Assembly: GCF_000283555.1 (NCBI RefSeq)
Contig: NC_016012.1
Location: 690,001 to 722,000 of the forward strand
DNA from: Candidatus Arthromitus sp. SFB-rat-Yit
GTDB lineage: Bacteria; Bacillota; Clostridia; Clostridiales; Clostridiaceae
DNA: 32,000 bases
Direction: 5' to 3'
Position 1 is the first letter of the stretch. Each line of letters begins with the position of its first letter. This document shows positions 18,870-29,336 of this stretch, piece after piece. Made by a program: the position numbers and the translations under genes. The notes beneath the pieces were generated by a model that saw only the letters and a list, made by a program, of their open reading frames with translations, had not been told where the DNA came from and did not search any database.

Positions 18870-21008
18870 ATGTCCAAAGTTCGAATTTATGAGTTAGCGA
18901 AAGCTGTAAATAAATCAAGTAAAGAATTAATATCGATTCTTAAAGATGAATTTGATGTAGACGTAAAAAATCATATGAGTGTTTTAAGTGATGAGGATAG
19001 CGAGCTAATAAAAGAATATTTTGAGATAAAGGATAATGATTCTGAGTTAGAAGATGATATGTATAACAAAGAACAAGAAAATGTTTTTAAAAATGATATT
19101 GTTCAAGAGTACGAAGACATTATAATTGAGCAAATTGATAAGCAAACTTCGAAAAATAAAAACAAGAATAAGAATAATAAAAAACAATCCTCATTTAAAA
19201 ACAAGAAAAATGTAACAACTTATGAGAGTGATAGTGAAGTAAATGATGGGATTTTGGAGATTGGTAGAACTATAAGTGTTAAAGATCTCGCACAAAAACT
19301 CAATAAATCAACAGCAGATGTTATTAAAAATTTAATGTTTTTGGGTTTAATGGTTTCGATAAATCAAGAGATAGATTTTGATGTTGCAAAAAAACTTTGT
19401 GACAAATATGAAGTTGAATGTATCCAAAAAGAAGAAAGTTTAAATAATGATAAGTATGAATTAACGAATGATTTGAATGAAGTTAAATCAGAAAATTTAT
19501 CAAAAAGACCTCCGATAATTACTGTAATGGGTCATGTAGACCACGGAAAAACATCTTTACTTGATTGTATTAGAAAAACAAATGTATCACAAAAAGAAGC
19601 TGGTGGAATAACTCAACATATTGGAGCTTATAAAGTTCAAGTTAAGGATGAAATTATAACTTTTATAGACACACCAGGACATGAAGCCTTCACACAAATG
19701 AGAGCTAGAGGTGCTAAGGTTACAGATATAGTTGTCCTTGTTGTTGCAGCAGATGACGGAATAATGCCTCAAACAGTTGAAGCTATAAATCATTGCAAAT
19801 CTGCTAATGTACCAATAATAGTTGCCGTTAATAAAATTGATAAACCTGAGGCAAATGTTGATAAAGTTAAACAAGAACTTACTGAATATGAAATTGTAGC
19901 TGAAGATTGGGGAGGCAATACAGTATTTGTAAATGTTTCTGCAAAAACTGGAGAAGGTATAGAAGAATTATTAGAAATGATTGTATTAACTGCAGATATA
20001 CAAGAATTAACTTCAGATAAAAATTCACCTCCAAAAGGCACGGTTATCGAATCTAGACTCGATAAAGGACGTGGACCTTTAGCAACGTTACTTGTTCAAG
20101 ATGGAACTCTTAGAATTGGAGATTGTGTTGTTGTTGGTAATGCATATGGTAAAATTAGAGCGATGTATGATGAAAATGATATAGCAATAAAAGAAGCAGG
20201 TCCATCAATTCCAGTACTTATTCTTGGCTTAAATGAAGTTCCAGATGCTGGAGATAGATTTGAGTTTGTAAAAGATGAGAAGATTGCTAGACAAATTTCA
20301 AATAATAGGAAGCAACAAATTAAAGATAACCAAACGAAGAATTCAAAAGTATCTCTAGAAACTGTTTATAGTCAAATTAAAGATGGAACAATAAAAGAGC
20401 TTAGCGTAATAGTTAAATCTGATGTCCAAGGATCTTCAGAAGCATTAAAACAATCTTTGGAAAAACTATCGTCAGAGAGTATTAAAGTTAAAGTTATTCA
20501 TAGTGCAGTGGGAGCAATTAATGAGAGTGATATTATATTTGCTAGTACATCAAATGCTATAATAATTGGATTCAATGTAAGACCTGATAATAATGCTCTT
20601 TCTTTAGCTGACAAAGAGAAGGTGGATATAAGAACATATAGACTTATATATGAGGCTCTTGACGATATAAAATCAGCTATGATTGGACTTTTAGATCCGG
20701 ATATTAAAGAAGTATATCTTGGACGTGTTGAAATAAGGCAAATATATAAAATATCTAATGTTGGAACAGTTGCAGGTTGTTATGTTTTAGATGGTAAATT
20801 AACGAGAAACTGTAATGTAAGAATTTTGCGTCAAGGTGTTGTTATTTTTGAATCTAAGTTGTCATCTTTAAAAAGGTTTAAAGATGATGTAAAAGAAGTT
20901 AATAAAGGATATGAGTGCGGTTTATCTATAGAAAATTTTAATGATATAAAGGAAGAAGATATAATTGAAGGATTTGAAATGAAGGAATTCAAAAGAAATG
21001 ACCTTTAA
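18870..21008 (+). CDS. infB: Translation initiation factor IF-2
   Basis: GTPase motifs [17 protein letters not shown] and NKIDKP; Lys/Asn-rich N-terminal linker. Confidence 0.98.
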   Translation: MSKVRIYELAKAVNKSSKELISILKDEFDVDVKNHMSVLSDEDSELIKEYFEIKDNDSELEDDMYNKEQENVFKNDIVQEYEDIIIEQIDKQTSKNKNKNKNNKKQSSFKNKKNVTTYESDSEVNDGILEIGRTISVKDLAQKLNKSTADVIKNLMFLGLMVSINQEIDFDVAKKLCDKYEVECIQKEESLNNDKYELTNDLNEVKSENLSKRPPIITVMGHVDHGKTSLLDCIRKTNVSQKEAGGITQHIGAYKVQVKDEIITFIDTPGHEAFTQMRARGAKVTDIVVLVVAADDGIMPQTVEAINHCKSANVPIIVAVNKIDKPEANVDKVKQELTEYEIVAEDWGGNTVFVNVSAKTGEGIEELLEMIVLTADIQELTSDKNSPPKGTVIESRLDKGRGPLATLLVQDGTLRIGDCVVVGNAYGKIRAMYDENDIAIKEAGPSIPVLILGLNEVPDAGDRFEFVKDEKIARQISNNRKQQIKDNQTKNSKVSLETVYSQIKDGTIKELSVIVKSDVQGSSEALKQSLEKLSSESIKVKVIHSAVGAINESDIIFASTSNAIIIGFNVRPDNNALSLADKEKVDIRTYRLIYEALDDIKSAMIGLLDPDIKEVYLGRVEIRQIYKISNVGTVAGCYVLDGKLTRNCNVRILRQGVVIFESKLSSLKRFKDDVKEVNKGYECGLSIENFNDIKEEDIIEGFEMKEFKRNDL

Positions 21009-21029
21009 TTAATATAGAGGTGATAAATT

Positions 21030-21386
21030 TTGGGAAAGTTTAGAATAGATAGAGTTAACGAGGAAATAAAGAAAGCGATAAGTTCTTGCATACAAAATGA
21101 TTTGAGAGATTCAAGGATTACAGGATTAATAACTGTAACAAGAGTTGATACTGCTACGGATCTTAAAACTGTAAAAGTTTATCTAAGTGTTTTTGATAAG
21201 AATAGGAATGAAATATTTGAAATTTTAAAGAAGTCTGTTGGTAAAATGAAAAATTCAATAGCTAGAAATGTGAAAATCAGATTTATTCCTGAAATTGATC
21301 TAAAGATGGATAACTCAATAGAGTATAGTTTTCACATTGATGAAATATTGAAGAAAACCAATAAAGAGGATTTTAATAATGATTAA
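21030..21386 (+). CDS. rbfA: Ribosome-binding factor A
   Basis: RIDRVNEEIKKAISSCIQNDLRDSRITGLITVTRV; TTG start after GAGGTG. Confidence 0.95.
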   Translation: MGKFRIDRVNEEIKKAISSCIQNDLRDSRITGLITVTRVDTATDLKTVKVYLSVFDKNRNEIFEILKKSVGKMKNSIARNVKIRFIPEIDLKMDNSIEYSFHIDEILKKTNKEDFNND

Positions 21387-22338
21387 ATTTGATGATATCA
21401 AATCCTTAATTAAAGATTCCGAAAATATAGGACTTAGCTATCATGTATCACCTGATGGAGATGCGGTTGGTAGTTTGTTGTCCTTATATTTTGCATTAAA
21501 AAAATTAAATAAAAATGTAACGATTTTCTCTAAAGATAATTTAACTAATACTATCAATTTAAGATTTTTACCATCAATTAACGAAATAGATGGGATGAAT
21601 TATTTCGTAACTTCGGATATTGATCTTTTAATAATTTTAGATTGTGGCAATGTCGAAAGGGTTTCGTGTGAAGTGGATTTCGACAAGACTACAACGCTTG
21701 GAATTGATCATCATATTAGCAATGATATGTATTGTACTTATAATTTTGTGCAAGGCGATGCTAGTTCTACTGGAGAAATTGTATTTGATATTATAAAAAA
21801 TTTAGGGATCGAAATAGACCAAAATATTGCAAAATGCATTTACACATCTATAATGACTGATACTGGTGGTTTAAGATTTGAATCTACATCGCAAAAAACT
21901 TTTAATATAGTTGGTGAATTGGTTGCGACTAAGTTTGATTTTTGGAATACATATGAGCAATTATTTTTATATAAAACATTTTCAAAAGTTAAGCTTTTAG
22001 GATTGGTTTATAATGAATTGAAGTTAGTTGACAATCAAATATGTGTTATACATGTAACAAATGATATGCTAAATAAATCAAACTCCACAGATGAACAAAC
22101 AAATGATATTGTAAGTTATGGATTAACTATTGATGGAGTTAGAGTGAGTATTTTAATTAAAGATTTTAATGGTAAACACAAAGTTAGTTTGAGAAGTAAA
22201 GGGTGTATAAATGTTTGTGAAATAGCTAAAAAATTTGGCGGTGGTGGACATATTAAAGCATCTGCATTTGTTACTGATTTGAAGAGAGATGTTATAGAAA
22301 GAATGTTGGTTGAGGAGTTTAGGAATCTTTTAAAATGA
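21379..22338 (+). CDS. nrnA: DHH/DHHA1 family bifunctional oligoribonuclease / pAp phosphatase (NrnA-like)
   Basis: YHVSPDGDAVGS, LGIDHHIS and GGGGHIKASAF. Confidence 0.92.
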   Translation: MIKFDDIKSLIKDSENIGLSYHVSPDGDAVGSLLSLYFALKKLNKNVTIFSKDNLTNTINLRFLPSINEIDGMNYFVTSDIDLLIILDCGNVERVSCEVDFDKTTTLGIDHHISNDMYCTYNFVQGDASSTGEIVFDIIKNLGIEIDQNIAKCIYTSIMTDTGGLRFESTSQKTFNIVGELVATKFDFWNTYEQLFLYKTFSKVKLLGLVYNELKLVDNQICVIHVTNDMLNKSNSTDEQTNDIVSYGLTIDGVRVSILIKDFNGKHKVSLRSKGCINVCEIAKKFGGGGHIKASAFVTDLKRDVIERMLVEEFRNLLK

Positions 22339-23216
22339 TGTGTGGAGTTATAAATGTTTATAAACCTCAAAATGTTACTTCAAATTACATCGTAATAAAA
22401 ATCAAGAAGTTGTTAAACACAAAAAAAGTTGGTCATACTGGAACTTTAGATTTATTAGCTTGTGGTGTGTTACCAATCTGTATTGGTAATGCTACTAAAA
22501 TAAGCGAATATTTGATTAATAAAGATAAAGTTTATAGTGTTAAAATAAAATTTGGAATTTTAACAGATACATATGATTGTGAAGGAAGTATAGTAAAAAG
22601 GGATTTGGAATTTAGGCTAGATAAAAATAAATTGTTAAGTATTATAGAAAATTTTGTTGGAACACAAGAACAGGTTCCACCGAATTATTCTGCTTTAAAG
22701 ATTAATGGGAAAAGAGCGTATGAACTTGCGAGAAATGGAATTGAATTTAAACTTAAAGCTCGAAAAATATCAATCTATTTTATAAAGGATATTGTTATTG
22801 ATGAAAAGAATAATGAATGTTCTTTTATTGTTAAATGTTCTAAGGGTACTTACATAAGAAGTTTATGTAAAGATATTGCAGATAAAATGGGTACATATGG
22901 GACTATGACTTTTTTAGAAAGATTGGAGAGCGGAAAGTTTAAAAAGGATACGGCGTTAGATTTTGAAACTATAGATGATGATAAAATCAAAAAAAATTTG
23001 ATACCTATTGATGATGTTCTCGATTATCCCAAAATTGAAATAAATGACCCCACTGCTATAAAACTTTTGACAAATGGAGTTTCTGTTAAAAATCCAAATT
23101 ATATAAATGAAATTGCTGAAGGATTGTATTTGCTTTATGTTAAGGGGAGTTTGGTAGGTGTTTGTGAGCGAAATATGCTTTCTTTAAGTGTTACTAAATT
23201 TTTAAATCAAAGGTAA
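22335..23216 (+). CDS. truB: tRNA pseudouridine(55) synthase
   Basis: VNVYKPQNVTSN-like N-terminus, KKVGHTGTLDLLACGVLP and CSKGTYIRSLCKDI. Confidence 0.96.
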   Translation: MMCGVINVYKPQNVTSNYIVIKIKKLLNTKKVGHTGTLDLLACGVLPICIGNATKISEYLINKDKVYSVKIKFGILTDTYDCEGSIVKRDLEFRLDKNKLLSIIENFVGTQEQVPPNYSALKINGKRAYELARNGIEFKLKARKISIYFIKDIVIDEKNNECSFIVKCSKGTYIRSLCKDIADKMGTYGTMTFLERLESGKFKKDTALDFETIDDDKIKKNLIPIDDVLDYPKIEINDPTAIKLLTNGVSVKNPNYINEIAEGLYLLYVKGSLVGVCERNMLSLSVTKFLNQR

Positions 23217-23221
23217 TAGTT

Positions 23222-24145
23222 ATGAAAATAATTGATTCAGTTAATGAAAAAATAAATGATAGTACTGTTTTATGTATTGGGAATTTTGATGGAGTACATA
23301 GTGTTCACCAAAAGATAATAAACAAAGTCATTCAAGATGCTAAAAAAAATTACTGTAAAAGTATGGTTATAACTTTTAGACAACATCCTATGTCATTTTT
23401 AAATCCTAATAATGTTCCTAGAATATTGACACCCTTGAATGAAAAAATTCGAATATTTAAAGAAATGGGAGTGGATTATTTAGGGCTTTATGATTTTTTG
23501 GAAGTTAAAAATATTCCCCCAAAACAATTTGTAAAATATTTGGTCAATAATTATGGGATGAAAAAGATTGTATGTGGATTTAATTTTAGATTTGGATATA
23601 ATAATGTGGGAAACATTCAATATCTTAGTGAGCTTAGCAAAGAATTTGGTTTTGATGTAGATATTATTGAACTTTTGAATTTATACAACAAAAAGATAAG
23701 TAGTACAAAGATACGATCTTATATTAAATATGGCGATATTGAAAAAGCTAATGATTTTTTAGGTAGATTCTTTAGCATTACAGGTGAAGTTATTCGTGGA
23801 AAACAACTTGGTAGAAAATTAGGTTTTCCAACTGCAAATTTAAAATATGATGCTAAATTTTGTATACCACAAAATGGTGTGTATTCAACTATAACGGAAT
23901 TTAATGGGTGTAAGTATGCATCTATGACAAATATAGGATATAATCCTACATTTAGGAACAAATATATTTCCATTGAAACTTTCATATTAGATTTTGAAGG
24001 TGACCTATATAATCAAAAAATTAAAGTTAATTTTATAAAAAAATTGCGTAACGAAACTTTGTTTTCGGATGTACATGCACTTATAGATCAACTTGAAAAG
24101 GATAAAATAGACACTATAAATATAATAAAAAAATATTTAAAATGA
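23222..24145 (+). CDS. ribF: Bifunctional riboflavin kinase / FAD synthetase
   Basis: CIGNFDGVHSVHQKII, GFNFRFGYNNVG and GRKLGFPTANL. Confidence 0.96.
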   Translation: MKIIDSVNEKINDSTVLCIGNFDGVHSVHQKIINKVIQDAKKNYCKSMVITFRQHPMSFLNPNNVPRILTPLNEKIRIFKEMGVDYLGLYDFLEVKNIPPKQFVKYLVNNYGMKKIVCGFNFRFGYNNVGNIQYLSELSKEFGFDVDIIELLNLYNKKISSTKIRSYIKYGDIEKANDFLGRFFSITGEVIRGKQLGRKLGFPTANLKYDAKFCIPQNGVYSTITEFNGCKYASMTNIGYNPTFRNKYISIETFILDFEGDLYNQKIKVNFIKKLRNETLFSDVHALIDQLEKDKIDTINIIKKYLK

Positions 24146-24165
24146 ATATAATATTTGTTATACTT

Positions 24166-24236
24166 AAGGTATGCAAACCTTGAACTAGGTTTTAGTTCTA
24201 GAAACTATAACTTGGTTTTGGGCGATTTATAGGAGG
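24166..24236 (+). promoter_or_regulatory. Structured rpsO leader, candidate S15 autoregulatory element
   Basis: Three stems: AAGGT/ACCTT, GAACTA-GGTTT-TAGTTC (24182-24198), and CTATAA (24205-24210) with TTATAG (24227-24232). The last stem overlaps the AGGAGG Shine-Dalgarno. Confidence 0.5.
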
Positions 24237-24244
24237 ATAATTTT

Positions 24245-24511
24245 ATGATAAATAAAGAGAAAAAGCAAGAAGTAATTAAACAATATTCTAGACATGAAAA
24301 GGATACGGGATCTGCTGAGGTTCAAATAGCTTTACTTACAAAAAGAATTTCTGAATTAACAGAGCATTTAAAAGTACATAAAAAAGACCATCACTCAAGA
24401 AGAGGTTTACTTATTATGGTAGGTAAGAGAAGAGGATTGTTGAACTATATAATGAAACAAGATATTGATAAATATAGAAGCCTGATTAAAGATTTAGGAA
24501 TTAGAAGGTAA
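24245..24511 (+). CDS. rpsO: 30S ribosomal protein S15
   Basis: [40 protein letters not shown]. Confidence 0.99.
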   Translation: MINKEKKQEVIKQYSRHEKDTGSAEVQIALLTKRISELTEHLKVHKKDHHSRRGLLIMVGKRRGLLNYIMKQDIDKYRSLIKDLGIRR

Positions 24512-24523
24512 ATTATTTTGTAG

Positions 24524-24549
24524 TAAGAGCGGTTTTTTATCCGCTCTTA
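24524..24549 (+). promoter_or_regulatory. Hairpin between rpsO and pnp without a 3' T-tract
   Basis: Perfect 9-bp stem TAAGAGCGG (24524-24532) / CCGCTCTTA (24541-24549). Confidence 0.6.
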
Positions 24550-24583
24550 AATTTATATAAAACAAAGAAGGAGGAAATGTTTA

Positions 24584-26701
24584 GTGCTGAATACTTTAGA
24601 AACCATATTTGAAGGTAGAAAGTTATCTCTTAAAATTGGAGATTTGGGCATGTTATCAAATACTTCAATTATTGTAAGTTATGGAGATACATGTGTACTT
24701 GTTAATGCTAATGCCTCTGAAAAACCGAGAGAAGGTATAGATTTTTTTCCATTGAGTGTTGAATATGAGGAAAGATTATATTCGGTTGGTAAAATTCCAG
24801 GTGGATTTATAAAAAGAGAAGGTAAACCATCTACTCAAGCTATATTAAATGGAAGAGCTATTGATAGACCATTAAGACCATTATTTCCTAAAGGATATAG
24901 GAATGATGTTCAGGTAGTTTGTACAGTTATGTCTGTTGAAAATGATAATTTACCAGAAATATTAGCTATTAATGCAGCCTCATTGGCGTTGTGTATTTCT
25001 AATATTCCGTATACTGATCCTGTTGGAGCAGTTATGGTTGGCTTAGTTGATGGAAAGTTTGTGATAAATCCAACATCTAAACAAAGAGAAGAAACTAAGT
25101 TGAATTTAACAGTATGTGCAACTAGAGAAAGAGTTATAATGATTGAAGCTGGTGGATGTGAAATATCAGAAGATATTATGTATAACGCAATAAAGTTTGG
25201 GTTTGATGCTTGTCAAGAATTAATCAAGTTTCAATTAGATGCTGTCAAAAAATATGGAAGAGATAAGCTTGAGCCTGAACTTTATTCAGCTTCGGATGAA
25301 TTATCAAAAGAAGTGTATGAATTTTGCTACGATAAGATTAAAGACGTTATGTATACAACTGATAAAATTGAAAGAGCAGAAATAATGGGTGATCTTAAGA
25401 ATGTAATTAGTGATCATTTTAAAGAAATATATCCAGACAACATGATGGATGTGAATTATGTTGTTTACAATATTCAAAAAGAAATCGTTAGAAAAATGGT
25501 ATTAGACGAAAAGAGAAGACCAGATGGGAGAAATTTTGATGAAATAAGACCTATATCATGTGATGTATCTATACTTCCTAGAACTCATGGAACAGGATTA
25601 TTCACACGGGGACTTACTCAAGTATTAACTATAGCCACACTTGGACCGCTTGCTGATGTTCAAATTATTGATGGAATTGGAGAAGAGGAATATAAAAGAT
25701 ATATGCATCATTATAATTTTCCATCATATAGCGTTGGAGAAGTTAAGCCACTTAGAGGGCCAGGAAGACGTGAGATAGGACATGGAGCGTTGGCAGAGAA
25801 AGCACTTGAGCCATTAATACCTCCAACAGAAGAGTTCCCATATACTATACGTTTAGTATCTGAAGTTTTAAGCTCGAATGGTTCAACATCACAAGCTTCT
25901 GTTTGTGGAAGTACACTTGCATTGCTTGATGCAGGAGTTCCAATAAAAAGACCAGCTGCGGGTATAGCAATTGGATTGTTTACTAATGATGATTTAACAA
26001 GAGAAGAAATTTTGACCGATATACAAGGGGTAGAAGATTTCTTTGGCGATATGGATTTTAAAGTTGCAGGAACAGAAAAGGGAATAACAGCTATACAAGT
26101 TGATACAAAGATAAAAGGATTATCGTGGGATTGTATTAAAAAAAGTTTGGATTCAGCTAAGAAGGCTAGACTTGAAATTTTGGATAAGATAAATAAATGT
26201 ATTCCTAAGCATAGAAATGAGTTGTCTGAATATGCACCTAAGACTAAACTTATAAAAATTGATCCAGATAAGATAAGAGATGTAATAGGTATTGGTGGTA
26301 AAGTTATAAATAAAATTATTTCTGATGCTAATCTTAAGAAGCAGGCGATACATATAGAGGATGATGGACGTATATTTATTTCGGATTATGATATCAATAA
26401 GATTAATTACGCATTAAATCAAATAGAGATTATTACAAAAGAGATTAAGGTTGGAGAAGTTTATTTTGGAAAAGTTGTTAAGATAACAAATTTCGGTGCT
26501 TTTGTTGATATTTTTAATGGTAAAGAAGGATTAGTTCATATTTCTAAGCTTTCCAACAAAAAGTTTAATAAAATTGAGGATGCTGTTTCTGTTGGAGATG
26601 AAATATTAGTTAAGGTAATTGATATTGATTCACATGGAAGAATTAACTTATCTAGAAAAGATGTTTTGGATGACAATAAGCAGGAACAAAAAGATAATTA
26701 G
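24584..26701 (+). CDS. pnp: Polyribonucleotide nucleotidyltransferase (PNPase)
   Basis: [27 protein letters not shown] and S1 domains ([12 protein letters not shown]; [21 protein letters not shown]). GTG start 9 nt after AAGGAGG. Confidence 0.98.
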   Translation: MLNTLETIFEGRKLSLKIGDLGMLSNTSIIVSYGDTCVLVNANASEKPREGIDFFPLSVEYEERLYSVGKIPGGFIKREGKPSTQAILNGRAIDRPLRPLFPKGYRNDVQVVCTVMSVENDNLPEILAINAASLALCISNIPYTDPVGAVMVGLVDGKFVINPTSKQREETKLNLTVCATRERVIMIEAGGCEISEDIMYNAIKFGFDACQELIKFQLDAVKKYGRDKLEPELYSASDELSKEVYEFCYDKIKDVMYTTDKIERAEIMGDLKNVISDHFKEIYPDNMMDVNYVVYNIQKEIVRKMVLDEKRRPDGRNFDEIRPISCDVSILPRTHGTGLFTRGLTQVLTIATLGPLADVQIIDGIGEEEYKRYMHHYNFPSYSVGEVKPLRGPGRREIGHGALAEKALEPLIPPTEEFPYTIRLVSEVLSSNGSTSQASVCGSTLALLDAGVPIKRPAAGIAIGLFTNDDLTREEILTDIQGVEDFFGDMDFKVAGTEKGITAIQVDTKIKGLSWDCIKKSLDSAKKARLEILDKINKCIPKHRNELSEYAPKTKLIKIDPDKIRDVIGIGGKVINKIISDANLKKQAIHIEDDGRIFISDYDINKINYALNQIEIITKEIKVGEVYFGKVVKITNFGAFVDIFNGKEGLVHISKLSNKKFNKIEDAVSVGDEILVKVIDIDSHGRINLSRKDVLDDNKQEQKDN

Positions 26702-26730
26702 GACTATAAAACAGAATAATTTTATAAGAA

Positions 26731-26760
26731 AGCAAGAGATGAATATCCTTGCTATTTTTT
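26731..26760 (+). terminator. Intrinsic terminator after pnp
   Basis: AGCAAG(A)GAT-GAAT-ATCCTTGCT forms a 9-bp stem with one bulge, followed by ATTTTTT. Confidence 0.8.
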
Positions 26761-26817
26761 ATTTTTTAAGTACTAAAAAATAAAAAAAATAATACCTTAT
26801 ATTAGGAGGTAATAGCT

Positions 26818-27105
26818 ATGCATAAAAAAGATAAACCTTATAGTGAAATACAACGCTATGAAATTATTAATATAAGTGATGCAGAGAAATATGGAAGTTT
26901 ATTTAATCATGACTTAATTATTGATAAGTATGGAAATTTTAAATTTATAGCTTTAAATATAGGAAGAGGGGGAAACTCATTTTTTAGAAATTCAAAACAA
27001 TTTTATAAAATACCGTGGAGTTCAATAAAAAAAATAGGAACAAAAACAATTATAATTGATTTTGATAATATAGATGAAAAATTACTTGATTCAGACGCTT
27101 ATTAA
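26818..27105 (+). CDS. YlmC/YmxH-family PRC-barrel sporulation-associated protein
   Basis: EIINISDAEKYGSLFNHDLIIDKYGNFKFIAL...FYKIPWSSIKKIGTKTIIIDF. It sits between pnp and the aspartate kinase gene, as in other Firmicutes. Confidence 0.78.
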   Translation: MHKKDKPYSEIQRYEIINISDAEKYGSLFNHDLIIDKYGNFKFIALNIGRGGNSFFRNSKQFYKIPWSSIKKIGTKTIIIDFDNIDEKLLDSDAY

Positions 27106-27129
27106 TTTAAAGATGGGGTTTAAATAACT

Positions 27130-28329
27130 ATGGAGCTTATATTACAAAAGTTTGGTGGAACATCAGTACAAACAAAAAAATCTAGATTAATGTGTATTAA
27201 AAAAGTAGAGCAATCTTTGAAGTATAATAATAAATTGGTTGTAGTTATATCAGCTATCGGAAGAAAGGAAGACCCTTATTCTACAGATATGTTATTATCG
27301 TTAATTTCAGATAACTTTAGAAAAAGATATCCAAAATATACTGATAAATTAATAAGTTGTGGCGAAATAATTAGTGCAATAATATTTGCATCAGAACTTA
27401 GAGATAGAGGTATAAATGCAATTCCTGTTGTAGGTAAGGATATCGGAATAATTACTGATGATAACTTCGGAAATGCGAATATTTTAGAAATAAATACCGA
27501 AAAAATAGTTTCGTTATTGAATGATGGAATTGTACCAATAATTGCTGGATTCCAAGGAATAACAAGTGATGGAGATATAACAACATTAGGTAGAGGCGGA
27601 AGCGATATATCTGCCGTTAAATTGGCTGAAGTCTTAGAATGTAATAAAGTTCAATTTTTTAAAGATGTTGATGGACTTATGACTGTAGATCCTAAGATAG
27701 TCGTTAATGCAAAATCTATTGATGAGATAAGTTATGAAGAACTATTTGAACTATCTATTTTTGGGAATAATATTATTCACCCAAAGGCTGTTAAAATTGC
27801 GATGGAAAGCAATATACCTATCGTAATTAAAAATACATTCAATGATTTTAAAGGGACTGTTATAAATAATAATTCAAAAGATAATGATGATGTATTTAAA
27901 GGAATGACTTATTTAAAAAATTGTGTGCAGATAAAAATATTTAGAGATGAAAATAAGGAAAATCAAAATTATTATAAGGTGTTTCAAGAAATATCAACTA
28001 AAAATATAGTCATTGATTTTATAAATATTTTTACAGATCACAAGATCTTTACCGTGTATAAAAAAGATTTTGGTGATATTATAAATATTTTGGACAATTA
28101 TAATTTGAAGTACTCTATTATAGAAAATTGTTCCAAGATTGGTATAGTTAAAGCAAATCTTAAAAATGTTTCTATAACTATGGCTAAACTTATTGAGCTT
28201 CTTCATAAAGAAAATATTGAGGTTATGCAAACGAATCATTCTAATATGAGTATTTGGTTGCTTGTTAAAAATGATGATCTTGATAAGAGTCTTAATGCTA
28301 TTCATAATAATTTTTTCGTTACAAATTAA
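27130..28329 (+). CDS. Aspartate kinase
   Basis: LQKFGGTSVQTKKS, FQGITSDGDITTLGRGGSD, FKDVDGLMTVDPK and C-terminal ACT-like repeats. Confidence 0.93.
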   Translation: MELILQKFGGTSVQTKKSRLMCIKKVEQSLKYNNKLVVVISAIGRKEDPYSTDMLLSLISDNFRKRYPKYTDKLISCGEIISAIIFASELRDRGINAIPVVGKDIGIITDDNFGNANILEINTEKIVSLLNDGIVPIIAGFQGITSDGDITTLGRGGSDISAVKLAEVLECNKVQFFKDVDGLMTVDPKIVVNAKSIDEISYEELFELSIFGNNIIHPKAVKIAMESNIPIVIKNTFNDFKGTVINNNSKDNDDVFKGMTYLKNCVQIKIFRDENKENQNYYKVFQEISTKNIVIDFINIFTDHKIFTVYKKDFGDIINILDNYNLKYSIIENCSKIGIVKANLKNVSITMAKLIELLHKENIEVMQTNHSNMSIWLLVKNDDLDKSLNAIHNNFFVTN

Positions 28330-28369
28330 AAATTAGCAGGTCGTATTGGACTTGCTAATTTTATTTTTT
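28329..28369 (+). terminator. Intrinsic terminator after the aspartate kinase gene
   Basis: AAAATTAGCA (28329-28338) pairs with TGCTAATTTT (28353-28362), followed by ATTTTTT. Confidence 0.85.
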
Positions 28370-28439
28370 GTATAAATTAAGTTTTTGTTCACAAAATAAT
28401 AAAGATATTTTTGTTTATCAATTGAAGGGAGTAAAAGTT

Positions 28440-29225
28440 ATGTTTTATGATATGCCTAGCATTTATAAGAATGCTTTTCAATTTTTATCGGCAACAGGAC
28501 AGTTAGGAGATGGAAAAGATCAAAAATCGGATCCAACTGAAACAGCAAAGAATATTAAAGATTTTGGTATGATTGAAGTTGTAAATTCACAAGATCCAGC
28601 GAATTATATACAGACAATAAATATAATTGGACAAATTGAAGGTCATGGTGTTGCATCTCCTCAAACAAAAAGCACAAAGTATGAGCACGTTATACCTCAA
28701 TTGATTGCTATGGAACAAAATCCAAATGTAAGAGGAGTTCTTATAACTCTAAATACTCTTGGTGGGGATGTTGAAGCTGGACTTGCTATAGCTGAAATGA
28801 TAAACAGTTTAAGTATGCCTACGGTATCTTTGGTTTTAGGTGGAAGTCATTCTATTGGAGTGCCTCTTGCGACTGCGTCTGATTATGCCTTTATAACACC
28901 ATCAGCAACGATGATATTACATCCTATTAGAATGAATGGGCTTATTATTGGGGTTCCACAAACGTTTGATTATTTTAAAAAGATGCAAGAGAGAATCAAT
29001 GATTTCATTGTTAGGACAAGTAGTATTAAAAATGATGTTTTAGATAAGTTATTACAACAGACGGGTGATTTGTTAAATGATATGGGTACTATTTTAATTG
29101 GACAAGAGGCTGTTGATGTTGGATTGATTGAAGAAGTTGGTGGGATAACTGACGCACTTAAAAAGTTGAATTCTATGATTAAGGATAAAGAAAAGGAAAA
29201 CAAATCTATTGAAGAGAATAAATAA
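28440..29225 (+). CDS. tepA: ClpP-like serine protease of the TepA/YlfB type
   Basis: NIIGQIEGHG, NTLGGDVEAGLAIAEMI, GGSHSIGVPLA and IRMNG. ATG 28440 follows GAAGGGAG; track start 28368 overlaps the previous terminator. Confidence 0.88.
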   Translation: MFYDMPSIYKNAFQFLSATGQLGDGKDQKSDPTETAKNIKDFGMIEVVNSQDPANYIQTINIIGQIEGHGVASPQTKSTKYEHVIPQLIAMEQNPNVRGVLITLNTLGGDVEAGLAIAEMINSLSMPTVSLVLGGSHSIGVPLATASDYAFITPSATMILHPIRMNGLIIGVPQTFDYFKKMQERINDFIVRTSSIKNDVLDKLLQQTGDLLNDMGTILIGQEAVDVGLIEEVGGITDALKKLNSMIKDKEKENKSIEENK

Positions 29226-29264
29226 AGATAAGTAATTTATTATTGAAATAATTGTATATTTATG

Positions 29265-29278
29265 ACAAAATATTTTGT
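29265..29278. repeat. 14-bp perfect palindrome upstream of ftsK/spoIIIE
   Basis: ACAAAATATTTTGT is identical to its reverse complement. Confidence 0.7.
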
Positions 29279-29336
29279 ACTAAATATTTCTTTTCAATAA
29301 AGTATATATAAGTTTGAAATAAGTTTTAAAGAGGTT

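Noticed and set aside
19141-19215. Lys/Asn repeats in the IF-2 N-terminal region ([11 protein letters not shown])
   Set aside because: IF-2 N-terminal linkers are normally variable and low-complexity; no precise nucleotide repeat unit of note.
24577-24612. 11-codon overlapping reading frame (ATG TTT AGT GCT GAA ... TGA) across the pnp start
   Set aside because: The ATG is only 2 nt from AAGGAGG, too close for efficient initiation, while the pnp GTG has ideal spacing. A leader peptide is possible but not supported.
26761-26781. Inverted repeat ATTTTTTA-AGTAC-TAAAAAAT between the pnp terminator and ylmC/ymxH
   Set aside because: Almost pure A/T; such symmetry is common by chance here, and it is contiguous with the pnp terminator tail.
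27994-28305. 103-aa antisense ORF within the aspartate kinase gene
   Set aside because: Ile/Phe/Asn-rich composition typical of reversed AT-rich coding sequence; no supporting signals.
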